From: the human T2T-CHM13v2.0 reference genome, Homo sapiens
Length of the DNA stretch: 64,000 nucleotides
Assembly (NCBI RefSeq): GCF_009914755.1
Contig: NC_060933.1
Reading direction: 5' to 3' (one strand)
The number at the start of each line of letters is the position of its first letter. Within the stretch, counting starts at the first letter, position 1. A program made the translations under genes and the position numbers. This document shows positions 1-14,692 of the stretch, in pieces. The notes under the pieces were generated by a model. That model worked only from the letters and a program-made list of their open reading frames with translations, was not told the origin of the DNA and ran no database searches.

Positions 1-925
1 TGGTGCCTGAAATGCCAGTGAGACAGAACAATTCACTCCCCTGAAAAGGGGGCTAAAACCAGGGAGCCAAGTGGTCTTGCTCAGCTCCCACCCCCACGGA
101 ACCCAGCAAGGTAAGATCCACTGGCTTGAAATTCTCACTGCCAGCACAGCAGTTTGAAGTGTCCACCAGGGATGCTTGAGCTTGGTGGGGGGAGGGGTGT
201 CCACCATTACTGAGGCTTGAGTAGGTGGTTTTCCCCTGACAGTGTAAACAAAGCCACCAGGAAGTTCAAAATGTGTGGACCCCACCACAGCATGGCAAAG
301 CCACTGTAGCCAGACTGACTCCCTAGATTCCTCCTCGCTGGGCAAGACATCTCTGAAAAAAAGGCAGCAGCCCCAGCCAGGGGCTTGTAGATAAAACTTC
401 CATCTCCCTGGGAGAGAGCATCTAGGGGAAGGGCTGGCTGTGGGTGCAGCTTCAGAAGACTTAAACGTTCCTGCTTGCCAGCTCTGAAGAGAGCAGCAGA
501 TCTCCCAGCACAGCACTCGAGCTCTGCTGAAGGACTGACTGCCTCCTCAAGTGGGTGCCTGACCCCTGTGCCTCCTGACTGGGAGACACCTCCCAGCAGG
601 GGTTGACAGACACCTTGTAAGTGAGCTCACCCACAGGTGAGCTCTGGCCAGCACCTGGCAGGTGCACCTCTGGGATGAAGCTTCCAGAGGAAGGAGCTGG
701 CAGCAATATTTGCTGTTCTGCAGCCTCCACTGGTGATAACCAGGCAAACAGGGTCTGGAGTGGACCTCCAGCCAACTCCAGCAGACCTGCAGAAGAGGGG
801 CCTGTTAGAAGGAAAACTAATAAACAGAAAGCAATAGCATCAACATCAACAAAAAGGATGCCCATGCAAAAACCCCATCCCAAGGTCACCAACATCAAAG
901 ACCAAAGGTATATAAATCCACGAAG

Positions 926-1951
926 ATGAGGAAACAACAGCAAAAAAAGACTGAAAATTCCAAAAACCAGAATGCCTCTTCTCTTCCAAAAAATCACAAT
1001 TCCTCGCCAACAAGAGAATGAAACTGGATGGAGAATGAGTTTGACAAATTGACCGAAGTAGGCTTCAGAAGGTGGGTAATAACAAACTCCTCCGAGCTAA
1101 AGGAGCATGTTCTAACCTAATGCAAGGAAGCTAAGAACCTTGATAAAATGTTACAGGAACTGCTAACCAGAATAACCAGTTTAGAGAAGATCATAAACGA
1201 CCTGATGGAGCCAAAAAACACAGCATGAGAACTTTCTGAAGCATACACAGGTATCGATAGCCAAATTGATCAAGCAGAAAAAAGGATATCAGAGATTGAA
1301 GATCAACTTAATTAAATAAACCATGAAGAGAAGATTAGAGAAAGAAGATTAAAAAGGAACAAACGAAGCCTCCAAGAAATATGGGACTGTGTGAAAAGAC
1401 CAAACCTACGTTTGATTGGTATACCTGAAAGTGACAGAGAGAATGGTACCAAGTTAGAAAACACTCTTCAGGATATTAGCCAGGAGAGCTTCCCCAACGT
1501 AGCAAGGCAGCCCAATATTCAAAATTAGGAAATACAGATAACACCACAAAGATACTCCTCAAGGAGAGCAACCACAAGACACATAATTGTAAGATTCAGC
1601 AAGGTTGAAATAAAGGAAAAAAACGTTAAGGGCAGCCAGAGAGAAAGGTCAGGTTACCCACAAAGGGAAGCCCATCAAACTAACAGCGGATCTTTCTGCA
1701 GAAACCCTAGAAGCCAGAAGGGGAAATGGGCCAATATTCAACATTCTTAAAGGAAAGAATTTTCAACCCAGAATTTCATATCCCGCCAAACTAAGCTTCA
1801 TAAGCGAAGGGTAAATAAAATCTTTTACACATAAGCAAATGCTGAGGGATTTTGTCAAGACTGGACCTGCCTTAGAACAGCTCCTGAAGGAGGCACTAAA
1901 TATGGAAAGGAAGAAACTGGTAACAGACACTGCAAAAACACCAAAATGTAA
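926..1951 (+). pseudogene. L1 ORF1p (RNA-binding chaperone), disrupted
   Basis: ATG at 926 (ATGAGGAAACAACAG...) followed by recognisable ORF1 sequence. Stops and frameshifts break it, so the track shows no long ORF here. Confidence 0.9.
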
Positions 1952-2011
1952 AGACCATCAATACTATGAAGACACTGCATCAACCAATGTGCAAAATAAC
2001 AAGCTAGCATC

Positions 2012-5000
2012 ATGACAGGATCAAATTCACATGTAAAAATATTAGCCTTAAATGTAAATGGCTGAAATGCCCCAATTAAAAGACACAGACTGGCAAACTG
2101 GATAAAGAGTCATGACCCATTGGTGTGCTGTAATCAGGAGACCCATCTCACATGCAAAGACACATATAGGCTCAAAATAAAGGGATGGAGGAATATTTAC
2201 CAAGCAAATGAAAAGCAAAAACAAGCAAGGGTTCCAATCCTACTCTCAGATAAAACAGACTTTAAACCAACAAAGGTGAAAAAAGACAAAGAAGGGCATT
2301 ACATAATGGTAAAGGGATTAATGCAAGAAGAGCTAACTATCCTAAATATATATGCATCCAATACAGGAGCACACAGATTCATAAAGCAAGTTCTTAGAGA
2401 CCTACAAAGAGACTTAGACTCCCATACAATAATAGTGGCAGATGTTAACACCCCTCTGTCAATATTAGATCGATGAGACAGAAAATTAACAAGAACATTC
2501 AGGACTTGAACCCAGCTCTGAACCAAGCAGACCTGATAGACATCTACAGAACTCTCCACCCCAAATCAAAAGAATGTACATTCTTCTTAGCACCACATAG
2601 CACTTATTCTAAAATCGATGACATAATTGGAAGTAAAACACTCCTCAGCAAATGCAAAAGAACACAGAAATCATAACAAACAGTCTCTCAGACCACAGTG
2701 CAATCAAATTAGAACTCAGGATTAAGAAATTCACTCAAAACTGTACAACTACATGGAAACTGAACAACCTGCTCCTGAATGACTACTGGGTAAATAATGA
2801 AATTAACGCAGAAATAAATAAGTTATTTGAAAACCAATGAGAACAAAGACACAACATACCAGAATCTCTGAGACATGGCTAAAGCAGTGCTTAAAGGGAA
2901 ATTTATCGCACTAAATGCCCACAAGAGAAAGCAGGAAAGATCTAAAATTGACACCCTAACATTACAATTAAAAGAACTAGAGAAGCAAAAGCAAACAAAT
3001 TCAAAAGCCAGCAGAAGACAAAAAATAACGAAGATCAGAAAAGAACTGAAGGAGATAGAGACACAAAAAACCCTTCAAAAATTAATGAATCCAGGAGCTG
3101 GTTTTTCTAAAAGATTAACAAAATAGAACACTATCCAGACTAATAAAGAAGAAAAGAGAGAAGAACCAAATAGACACAATAAAAAATGATAAAGGGGAGA
3201 TCACCACTGATCCCACAGATATACAAACTACCATCAGAGAATACTATAAACTCTATGCAAATCAACTAGAAAATCTAGAAGAAATGGATAAATTCCTGGA
3301 CACATACACCCTCCCAAGACTAAACCAGGAAGAGGTTGAATCTCTGAATAGACCAATAACAAGTTCTGAAGTTGAGGCAGTAATTAATAGCCTACCAACC
3401 AAAAAAAGCCCAGGACCAGACAGATTCACAACCAAATTCTACCAGAGGTACAAAGAGGAGCTGGTACCATTCCTTCCGAAACTATTCCAATCAATAGAAA
3501 GAGAGGGAATCCTCCCTAACTCATTTTATGAAGCAAGCATCTTCCTGATACCAAAACCTGGCAGAGACACAACACAAAAAGAAAATTTCAGGCCAATATC
3601 CCTGATGAACATCAATGAGAAAATCCTCAATAAAATTCTGGCAAACCAAATCCAGCAGCATATCAAAACCTTATCCACCACGATCAAGTCATCTTCATCC
3701 CTGGGATGCAAGACTGGTTCAACATACACAAATCAATAAACATAATCCATCACATCAACAGAACCAATGACAAAAACCACATGATTATCTCAATAGATGC
3801 AGAAAAGGCCTTCTACAAAATTCCACACCCCTTCATGCTAAAAACTCTCAATAAACTAGGTATTGATGGAATGTATCTCAAAATAATAAGAGCTATTTAT
3901 GACAAACCCACAGCCAATATCATACTGAATGGGCAAAAGCCGGAAGCATTCCCTTTGAAAACCAGCATAAGAGAAGGATGCCCTCTCTCACCACTCCCAT
4001 TCAACGTAGTGTTGGAACTCCTGGTCAGGGCAATCAGAAAAGAGAAAGAAATAAAGGGTATTCACATAGGAAAAGAGGAAGTCAAATTGTCTCTGTTTGC
4101 AGATAACATGGTTGTATATTTAGAAAACCCCACTGTCTCAGCCCAAAATCTCCTTAAGCTGATAAGCAAATTCAACAAAGTCTCAGGATACAAAATCAAT
4201 GTGGAAAAATCACAAGCATTCCTATACACCAATAATAGACAAACAGAGAGCCAAATCATGAGTGAACTCCCATTCACAATTGCAACAAAGAGAATAAAAT
4301 ACCTAGGAATATAACTGACATGGGATGTGAAGGAGCTCTTCAAGGAGAACTGCAAACCACTGCTCAAGGAAATAAGAGAGGACACAAACAAATGGAAAAA
4401 TATTTCATGCTCATGGATAGGAAGAATCAATATAATGAAAATGGCCATACTGCCCAAAGTGATTTACAGATTCAACGCTATTCCCACTAAGCTATCATTG
4501 ACTTTCTTCACAGAATTAGAAAAAAACTACTTTAAACTTCATATGGAACCAAAAAAGAGTCCATATAGCCAAGACAATCCTAAGGAAAAAGAACAAAGCA
4601 GAAGGCATCACACTACCTGAATTCAAACTATACTACAAGGCTATAATAACCAAAACATCATGGTACTGCTACCAAAACAGACATATACACCAATGGAGCA
4701 GAACAGAGGCCTCAGAAATAACACCACACCTCCATAACCATCTGATCTTTGACAAACCTGACAAAAATAAGCAATGTGGAAAGGTTTCCCTATTCAATAA
4801 ATGGTGTGGCAAAAACTGGCTAGCCATATGAAGAAAACTGAAACTGGATCACTTCCTTACACCTTATACATAAATTAACTCAAGATGGATTAAAGACTTA
4901 AACATAAGACCTAAAACTATAAAAACCCCAGAAGAAAACCTAGGCAGTACCATTCAGGACATAGGCATGGGCGAAGACTTCATGACTAAAACACTAAAAG

Positions 5001-5806
5001 CAATGTCAACAAATGCCAACATTGACAAATGGGATCTAATTAAACTAAAGAGCTTCTGCACAGCAAAAGAAACTATCATCAGAGTGAATAGGCAACCTAC
5101 AGAATGGGAGGAAATTTTCGCAATCTATCCATCTACAAAGGGCTAATATCCAGAATCTATAAGAAACTTAAACCAATTTACAAGAAAAGAAAAACAACCC
5201 CATCAAAAAGTGGGTGAAGGAAATGAATAGACAGTTCTCAAAAGAAGACATTTATGCAGACAACAAACTTATGAAAAAAAGCTCATCATCACTGGTCATT
5301 AGAGAAATGCAAATCAAGACCACAATGAGATACCATCTCACGCCAGTTAGAACGATGATGATTAAAAAGTCAGAAAACAACAGATGCTGGAGAAGATGTG
5401 GAGAAATAGGAATGCTCTTACACTGTTGGTGGGAGTGTAAAGTAGTTCAACTATTGCGGAAGACTGTGGTGATTCCTCAACGATCTAGAACTAGAAATAC
5501 CATTTGACCCAGCCATCCCATTACTGGGTATATACCCAAAGGACCATAAATCATTCTACTATAAAGACACATGCACACGTATGTTTATTGCAGCACCATT
5601 CACAATAGCAAACACCTGGAACCAACCCAAATGCCCATCAACGATAGACTGGATAAAGAAAATGTGGCACATATACACCACGGAATACTACGCAGCCATA
5701 AAAAAGGATGAGTACATGTCCTTTGCTGGAAACCATCATTCTCAGCAAACTAACACAGGAACAGAAAACCAAACGCCGCATGTTCTCACTCATAAGTGGG
5801 AGTTAA
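2012..5806 (+). pseudogene. L1 ORF2p (APE endonuclease + reverse transcriptase + C-terminal domain), fragmented
   Basis: Start ATGACAGGATCAAATTCACAC. Track fragments [40 protein letters not shown] and RCWRRCGE are L1 ORF2 motifs. RT motif FADD reads FADN at 4096-4107. Many frameshifts. Confidence 0.95.
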
Positions 5807-6194
5807 ACAATAAGAACATATGGACACAGGGAGGGGAACATCACACACCAGGGCCTGTTGGGGGGAGCGGGGGAAGGGGAGGGATAGCATTAGGAGAAAT
5901 ATCTAATGTAGACGACTAGTTGATGGGTGCAGTAAACCACCATGACACATGTATACCTATGTAACAAACCTGCACGTTCTGCACATGAATCCCACAACTT
6001 AAAGTATAATAAAAAAAAGAAAAAATAATTTATATTTCCAACTTTGTCACAGTTATAAGGAAGTACCTCTGCTCTTTATTTACAATTGTACTCTGATGCA
6101 ACTACTTTTTCCTGACCCTTGCTTCTTTGATACTCAAAATCCTTAAATTTTTAAAGAGAAATATTCATAAGTGTAAGTAATTAAATCTGTAGTT

Positions 6195-6345
6195 ATTTGT
6201 TTAAGGTCTGTCTCTGCCAATAAAGAATAAGCTTTGAAAGGGGAGGGATTGTTTAATTCTTACTCACCAATGAACCCCCAATGTCTAGGATTTTAAGCCA
6301 TTTTGAATAAATGGATTAATTGATGAGTAAGTAAGTGAATGAATT
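6195..6345 (+). mobile_element. L2 3' end fossil
   Basis: Degenerate L2 tail ending in 'gaataaatggattaattgatgagtaagtaagtgaatgaa'. Confidence 0.6.
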
Positions 6346-6887
6346 GCTAGGGTCATTGGGAACCATATCACTGAACTAATGACTTGTGATCTAATTTTGA
6401 ATCTTTAGGGTCTACCTAGACTAAAGTCTCTGAAAGGCAACAGAACAAGACAACTGGGTTCATATAAGTTCATCAGATAAGCTCAGCCACAGTCTGTGGT
6501 TATAAACTGTAATAGTTCCCTTCTTCTCCCTGGAATATAATGTTTTCCTCCTTACTTTTGCTTGTCTTTCACTTCCCATTCTCTATCTCTCTTTTGGTTG
6601 CTCCCCACCTTAGTCCCATTTCCTTTTCCACTTGTCTGTATTGACACCCATCCTACTAGAATCACTTCCTTCTCCATCCATTACTTCAACATATGATGTA
6701 TTGAGCACTTAAAATGTATAAGATTATAAGAAATACATAGAAGAAGACACAAGTGTCTGCTCTCAATAAACTTGTAATATGCAGGAGTTACGTACATATA
6801 ACCAAGTTTCAGGGCAGAGGGGATAGATGCCATGAGGGAAATGCAGATACAGAGCTATGAGTATTCAAAGGAGATGTTTAGAACATC

Positions 6888-6956
6888 GATTCTCCCCCCT
6901 GGTTCACATTTGATTCATCAAGGATGCTTTTTAAAACTGACTGCTGATCATTGAAG
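6888..6956. mobile_element. MER5B-like (hAT-Charlie) left part, apparently continued at ~14103-14130
   Basis: 'ttctcccccctggttcacatttgattcatcaaggatgctttttaaaact' resembles the MER5B start; 'aaaactacccctgcttgggacccacc' resembles its continuation. Confidence 0.5.
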
Positions 6957-7243
6957 CACTTTCAAAATGATGGAATGAGGAGCTTGACATATCTTACTCC
7001 CCAATAACTATGATACAACTATACAAAACTGTCACAGTTATTTCAGGACTCTAGAAATTAACAAAAGGTATTCAACAAGTTGAAAAGTGTTTATTCAAAA
7101 TACTACTTAACCTCTGTAAGAATAGTGGGGTATGTCATGTTTTTAAAAAGGTTTATTTTTTCCATTCACCTCACTCAGCCACTAGTAGAGTAGCTGTGAG
7201 GATCAGCAGCTTGGTTGTCAGCAGAAGAGGGCTGACTTAATTT
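6957..7243 (+). mobile_element. Old mammalian L1 (L1M class) 5'UTR, first piece
   Basis: L1M-type 5' region that appears to resume at ~12491. Confidence 0.55.
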
Positions 7244-9963
7244 GTTCTTGGGCACCTGAGAAGAATGGGTATTCTGCTGTTCTCGAGAGGAGTATAGATA
7301 TCAGTTAAGCCTCTTTAGCTTTAGTGTGGTTCAAGTCCTTTGTTTTCTTGTTGATCATTTGCCTTGTGGAAAGTAAGTTACTGAAGTATCCAGTTATTAT
7401 TGTTGAACTGTCTATTTCTGCCTTCAATTCCATCAGTTATTATTTCACGTACTTTGGGGGTTTTGTTGGCAAGTACATATGCGTTTATAATTATTATGTT
7501 TTCCTGATTGACGGACTCATTTACAATTATAAAATGTCCTTATGTGTCTCCAGTTAAATTTTTTATAATTAGTATCATATATAAAGTCTATTTTTCTGAC
7601 ATTTATATAAATTCTCTAGCTCTATTTGGCTACAGTTTGCATGGCATGTATTTTTCTATACTTTTACTTGAAATCTGTGTCTTTGAACAAATACATTGAA
7701 TATTTCAATCGAAAACATGTTGCTTGTAGATAGTTGGATCTTTCCTTGTTAATCTACTCAGCAACCTCTAGCTTTTGACTGTAGTGTCTAAATAATTTAC
7801 ATTTCATGAGATTACTGATAAGGTAGAATTTATACCTGCCATCTGTTATTTGTTTTCTCTATGACTTACGTTTTCTGTTCCTCTGTTTCTCTCTTACTAC
7901 CTTCTTTTGTGTTAAATAGGTATATTTTCTAGTGTATTACCTTGATTCTCTTGTTTTGTTACTGAAATTTTTTAAGTTAAATTCATTGTTAATGGTTGGC
8001 CTGAGGACTGCAATTAATTTGTAACAATCTACTTCAGTTCATACAACTTAATTTCAATAGTATACAAAAACTTTGCTCTTATCTGCCTCTACTTGTTCTC
8101 CCTCCCATGTGCTATTACTGTCATACAAATTACATCCTTATGCTTTCTAAGTCCATCAACACAGTGATATAATTATTGTTTTATATGGTTGTCTTTTAAA
8201 TAAGAGTTAAAAGAAAAGTTACCAAAAAAAATTCATTCAGTCTTTTATATTTGCCAGTGCAGTTACCTTTATTCGTATTCTTTATTTCTCTGCATTCAAG
8301 TTATTTTCGAGTGTCCTTTATTTCTCACACATCAGTTCTCTCCCAGTGATGAGTTTTCTAAGTTTTTGTTTATCTGAAAATGCATTTTTTTTCTTCAGGT
8401 TTCAAGGGTAATTTTAATTGATATAGAATTCCTAATAATCTTTTTGTTTCAGCAGATTGAATTTATTATTTCACTACTTCCTGTCATAAGAAGGCCAGGA
8501 ATCAGCTATCATATTGAGGATCACTTGTATGCTTCTCTCTTGATGCTTCTTCTTGATGTTTCCCACATTCTCTGTCTTTGTCTTTCAAAGGTATAATTAG
8601 GACGTAACTAGGTGTGGATCTCTTTGAATTTATCCTATTTCAATTTTGTTGAGGTTTTTCAATGTGTAGATTCATGTTTGTCTCAAATGTGTGAATCCTT
8701 TGGCCATTTTTTATTTAAATATTCTTTCCTCCCATTTCTCTCTCACTCCTTTCTTCTGAGACTCTCATTATGTGCAGGCTGGCTTATGTGATGGTGTCCC
8801 ATATATCTCTGCATTTGGTTCATTTTACTCTATACAGTTTTTTTCCTATTCCTCAGACTGGTTGATATCACTGACCTATCTTTAAGTTTCCTGATTTTTT
8901 TTTCTACCAGCTTAAATCTGCTATTAATGCCCTCTAGTGAATTTGTTACTTCATCTATTATAATTTTCAACTCCAAAATTTCTATTTGGCTCTTTTTGAA
9001 ATGATTTGTATCTCTTTATTAATATTCTCTATTTGATGAGATATCAGTATCTCTTTTGTTTTACTTCTTTAGGCATGGTTTCCTTTAGTTCTTTTTAAAC
9101 ATATTTAGAATTGCTAATTCAAAGTCTTCATCTAGTCAGTTTAACACCTGGACCTCCTCCCAGACAGTTTCTGTTACAGGCTTTTTTCCCCTCTGTATGG
9201 GCCTTAGTTTCCTGTGTCTTTGCATATCTCTTAATATTTTATGTTGTTTTTAAAAACTGGAAATTATAAATAATATAACGTGGCAACTCTGATAATAACC
9301 GAGTTTGCTGTTGTGCTGCCAGTTGGTGATAGTTCTTCTTTCATACCTTCTAAAATTTATTGTGTAAAGTCTGAATTCTTTACACTGTTGATCACTTTAA
9401 GTGTCTAGTTAGTTTAGTGGTCAGCTAATGTTTGAACAAAGCATTTTAAATGCCTAAACCAATAAATATTCACCAAATATTCACCTCTTCACCAAAGGAC
9501 ACTGTATATGTTGACATGCATCATCAGTGATCTAGCAGTTGACAATTCTGCCTTAGCTTTCACTTCTTACTTATACAGAGCCTCAAGTTGAGCTAGACAT
9601 GAGAGTTTAGAGCTGTCTCAAGCTTTTCCTCAGCATGCAACCAACCCTGAACAGGCACACACTTCTAAATCTGTATGCTGTTGTCTAGATCCCCAGGAAT
9701 GTATCAGCGATTTTCAAAGTCCCCTGTGAACATTTTATTCCCAGATTTTCTATTTAAATTTCTTTCTTTTTGGCAGATAATTCACTCCAGCTGATAGCCC
9801 TCTGTCAGGCAGCTACAATTAAATCATCACCATCTTTTGTTTTCAACAAATGCTCAAGAGAAAAAGCTGTTCACATTGATTGAGTTCTGGGTTAGGGCAG
9901 ATGGAGATACGCCTTATGAGTGGAAGTTTACTATAAGTTACCAAACAAATAATACAATAACAA

Positions 9964-10052
9964 TTCTGTACAACAAACCTCCACGATACAAGTTTACCTG
10001 TGCAACAAACCTGTACTTGTACCCCTGAACTTAAAATAAAAGTAAAAAAAAA
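9964..10052 (+). mobile_element. ~90 bp 5'-truncated L1PA (about PA12-16) 3' end
   Basis: 'ctgtacaacaaacctccacgatacaagtttacc...gtacccctgaacttaaaataaaagtaaaaaaaa'; 'acaatt' on both flanks. Confidence 0.85.
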
Positions 10053-10360
10053 GACAATTATTTGGTAATGGGGCTTTCTGGAAAGCTACCAAACCATTCT
10101 GTTGCTGTTAATGACTATGAGGCTCCTGGTTTTCACAGATACCATGTTTGGGAGAATATTAGCTTTTAAGGGTATAATGGAGCTAGTAAAAGAGAATAGC
10201 AATAGGGGAAGTTAGAACACCACAAAGCTCACTGTTCTTGCTGAAATTCAGCAATTTTTATTGAATAACTCTTGCTCAGACTGTTTTAAACCTTTTACTT
10301 TTCAGTATTCTGAAATAGTTGATTTAGATAACTTTTATCAGTTTTCTTATTGCTTTTATG

Positions 10361-12440
10361 AATAATCTTTTAATAATTTCAACTTTTATTTTAGATTCAG
10401 AGGGTATGTGTGCAGGTTTTTTACATGCAGTATGTAATACTCAGTATGTAATACTGAGGTTTGGAATATAAATTTTCCCATCACCCAGATAGTGGGCATA
10501 ATACCCAATAGGTAGTTTTTCTATCCTTGCCACCCTTCCTTCCTCCACTCTCTAGTAGTCCCCAGTGTCTATTGTTCCCATCCCTCGGTCCGTATGTACC
10601 CAATGTTTAGCTCCCTCTTGTAAGTGAAAACGTGCATTGTCTGGCTTTCTGTTCTTGCATTAATCAGCTTAGAATGATGACCTCTAGCTGCATTTATGTT
10701 GCTGCAAAGGACTTGACTTCATTCTTTTTTATGGCTGTGTAGTATTTCATGGTGTACGTATACCACTTTTTCTTTATCCAATCCACGGTCTGTGGGCACC
10801 TAGGTTGATTTCATGTCTTTACTATTGTGAATTCCAGTGCAATGAATGTAAAAAGTATATTTGTGTTTTGGTAGAATAATTGATTTTTCTTTTAGTATAT
10901 ACCCAGTAATGGAATTACAGGATTGAATGGTAGTTTTGTTTCCAGCTCTCTGAGAAATCTCCATAATGCTCTTCATAGTGGCTGAACTAATTTATATTCC
11001 CATCAAAAGTATTAAGTGTTTCCTCTTCTCCAAAGCCTCACTAGTAACTGTTATGTTTTGTCTTTTTCATAATAGCCATTCTGACTGGTGTGAGATGGCA
11101 TCACATTGTGGTTTTGATTTGCATTTCCCTGATAATTCGTGATTTTTTTAAATCTTTTTATGTTTGTTGGCCACTTGTATGTCTTCTTTTGAAAAAAAAT
11201 TCTGTTCATATCCTTCGCCCACTTTCTTAATGGGGTTATTTGCCCACTTTTTAAATGGGGCTGGTTGTTTTTTCCTTATTAAGTTCCTTATAGATTCTGG
11301 ATATCAGACCTTTGTCATTGTACAGTTTCCAAATATATTCTCCCACTTTGTGGGTTGTCTGTTTACTCTGTTGATAGCTTCTTTTGCTGTGCAGAAGCTC
11401 TTTAGTTTAATTAGGTCCCATGTGTCAATTTTTGTTATGACTGCAATTGCTTTTGAGGACTTAGTCATAAATTCTTTGCCAAGGTTTAGGTCAAGAATGG
11501 TCTTTTTGAGATTTTCCTCTAGGATTCTTATAGTTTGAAGTTTTACTTTTAATCTTTAATCCATCTTGAGTTAATTCTTATAAATGGTAAAAGGTAGAGA
11601 TCCAGTTTCATTCTTCTGCATATAGCTAGCCAGTTATCCCAGCACCATTTATGCAATAGACAGTCCTTTCACCATTGCTCATCTTTGTCAACTTTGTGAA
11701 AGATCAGATGGTTGTAGGCATGCAGCTCTATTTTTGGGTTCTCTATTCTGTACCATTGGTCTATACGTCTGTTTTTGTACTACTACCATCCTGTTTGTTT
11801 ACTGTAGCTTTTTAGTATAGTTTGAAGTTGGGAAAATGTGATGCCTCTGGCTTTGTTATTTTTACTCAGGATTTGTTTGGTTATTTGGGCTCTTTTATGA
11901 TTGCATATGAATTTACAACTTTTTTTCTATTTATGTGAAAAATGATGTTGGAAGTTTAATAGGAATAGCATTGAATCTATAAAATGCTTTTAGCAGTATG
12001 GTCATTTTAACAATATTGGTTCTTCCTATCCATGAGCACAGAGCGGTTTTTCCATTTGTTTGTGTCATCTATGATTTCTTTCAGCAGTGTTTTCCAGTTG
12101 TCCTTGCAGAGAACTTTCACTTCCTTGGTTAGATGTATTCCTAGGTTTTCAGTTTCATTTTATTTGTGTGTGTGTGTCTATAGTAAGTGGTACTGCATTT
12201 TTTATTTGGCTCTCAGCTTGAACATTATTAGTTTACAGAAATGCTGCTGATTTTTGTATGTTGATTTTGTAACCTGAAACAAAATTTGATTATTAGTTCC
12301 AGGAGCCTTTTTTGGGGGTCTTTAGGGTTCTCTATGTACAGCATCATATCATCAGGAAAAGAGAGAATTTGACTTCTTCCTTTCTTATATGAATACCTTT
12401 TATTTCTTTCTCTTGACTGATTGCTCTGGCTAGGACTTCC
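10361..12440 (-). mobile_element. 5'-truncated L1PA15/16-like element
   Basis: 3' end 'caacttttattttagattcagagggtatgtgtgcagg', then antisense ORF2 C-terminal/RT sequence up to 'ggctaggacttcc'. Confidence 0.9.
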
Positions 12441-12490
12441 TGAAAGACGTTTTCGTAGGTACTCATTATACTAGTCTAGCAGTGCTTCCC

Positions 12491-14108
<1,618 letters not shown>

Positions 14109-14269
14109 TACCCCTGCTTGGGACCCACCATGGGCCAGGTGAACCAGGTTATCTGAAAATAAAGACCAGGTACTACTATGAAGTTAGGCGATTTCGGGGT
14201 GCAGACAGAACTGAGGACTACAGATCTGAATAAATGGTTTGCAATTATGATTACTCATTAAAAATATAG

Positions 14270-14692
14270 TCTGTGGAGTTTATATAAACTCTCGCCCCCG
14301 AAAATTCTGAATTAATTATTCTGAGATATGCCCAAAGCATGTCCCCCCCGGCCCCTGCCACTCTGCAACCCAGGCTGGAGTGCAGTGATGCACCCCAACC
14401 TCCAACCTCTCGGCTCACCCCAACCTCCAACTCCCGGGTTCAAGCAGTTCTCCTGCCTCAGCTTCCCAAGTAGCTGGGATTACAGGCACCGGCCATCATG
14501 CCCAGCTAATTTTGTGTTTTTAGTAGAGATGGGGTTTCACCATTTTGGGCAGGCTGCTCTTGAACTCCTGACCTCAAGCAATCCACCAGCCTCTGCCTCC
14601 CAAAGTGCTGGGATTACAGGCATGAGCCACTATGCCTAGCCAAGCATAGGAATTTTTAAAGCTCTCTAATGTGGAGTCAGCCAGGAACCACT
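14270..14692. mobile_element. MER5B-like fossil split by an Alu
   Basis: 'aaattctgaattaattattctgag' before the Alu; 'aatttttaaagctctctaatgtg...gaaccactg' after it. Confidence 0.55.
14342..14641 (-). mobile_element. AluS with abnormal 3' end (no poly-A)
   Basis: Antisense Alu body at 14360-14641; 'aagcat' on both flanks (14335-14340, 14642-14647). Confidence 0.95.

Larger units (their letters stand above)
1..6025 (+). mobile_element. Near full-length LINE-1, L1PA7/L1PA8-like, inactive; 5' end lies outside the window
   Basis: Primate L1 5'UTR, ORF1 and ORF2 remnants in order. G-rich 3'UTR tract at ~5859-5883. 3' end 'cttaaagtataataaaaaaaagaaaaaa'. Confidence 0.96.
7244..12490 (-). mobile_element. 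Old L1 (L1MD/L1MC class): 5'UTR, ORF1 and start of ORF2, carrying two younger L1 insertions
   Basis: T-rich antisense L1 sequence: EN-domain remnant at ~7250-7700, ORF1-like at ~8300-9300, 5'UTR-like to ~12490. Confidence 0.75.

Noticed and set aside
461-997. 178-aa antisense ORF (and 621-929 sense ORF) in the L1 5'UTR/ORF1 start
   Set aside because: Entirely L1-derived with non-ATG starts; such frames are common in L1 copies. I cannot equate it with ORF0.
2120-5919. Multiple 60-200 aa ORFs as separate genes
   Set aside because: They are frameshifted fragments of one L1 ORF2 and its antisense shadows.
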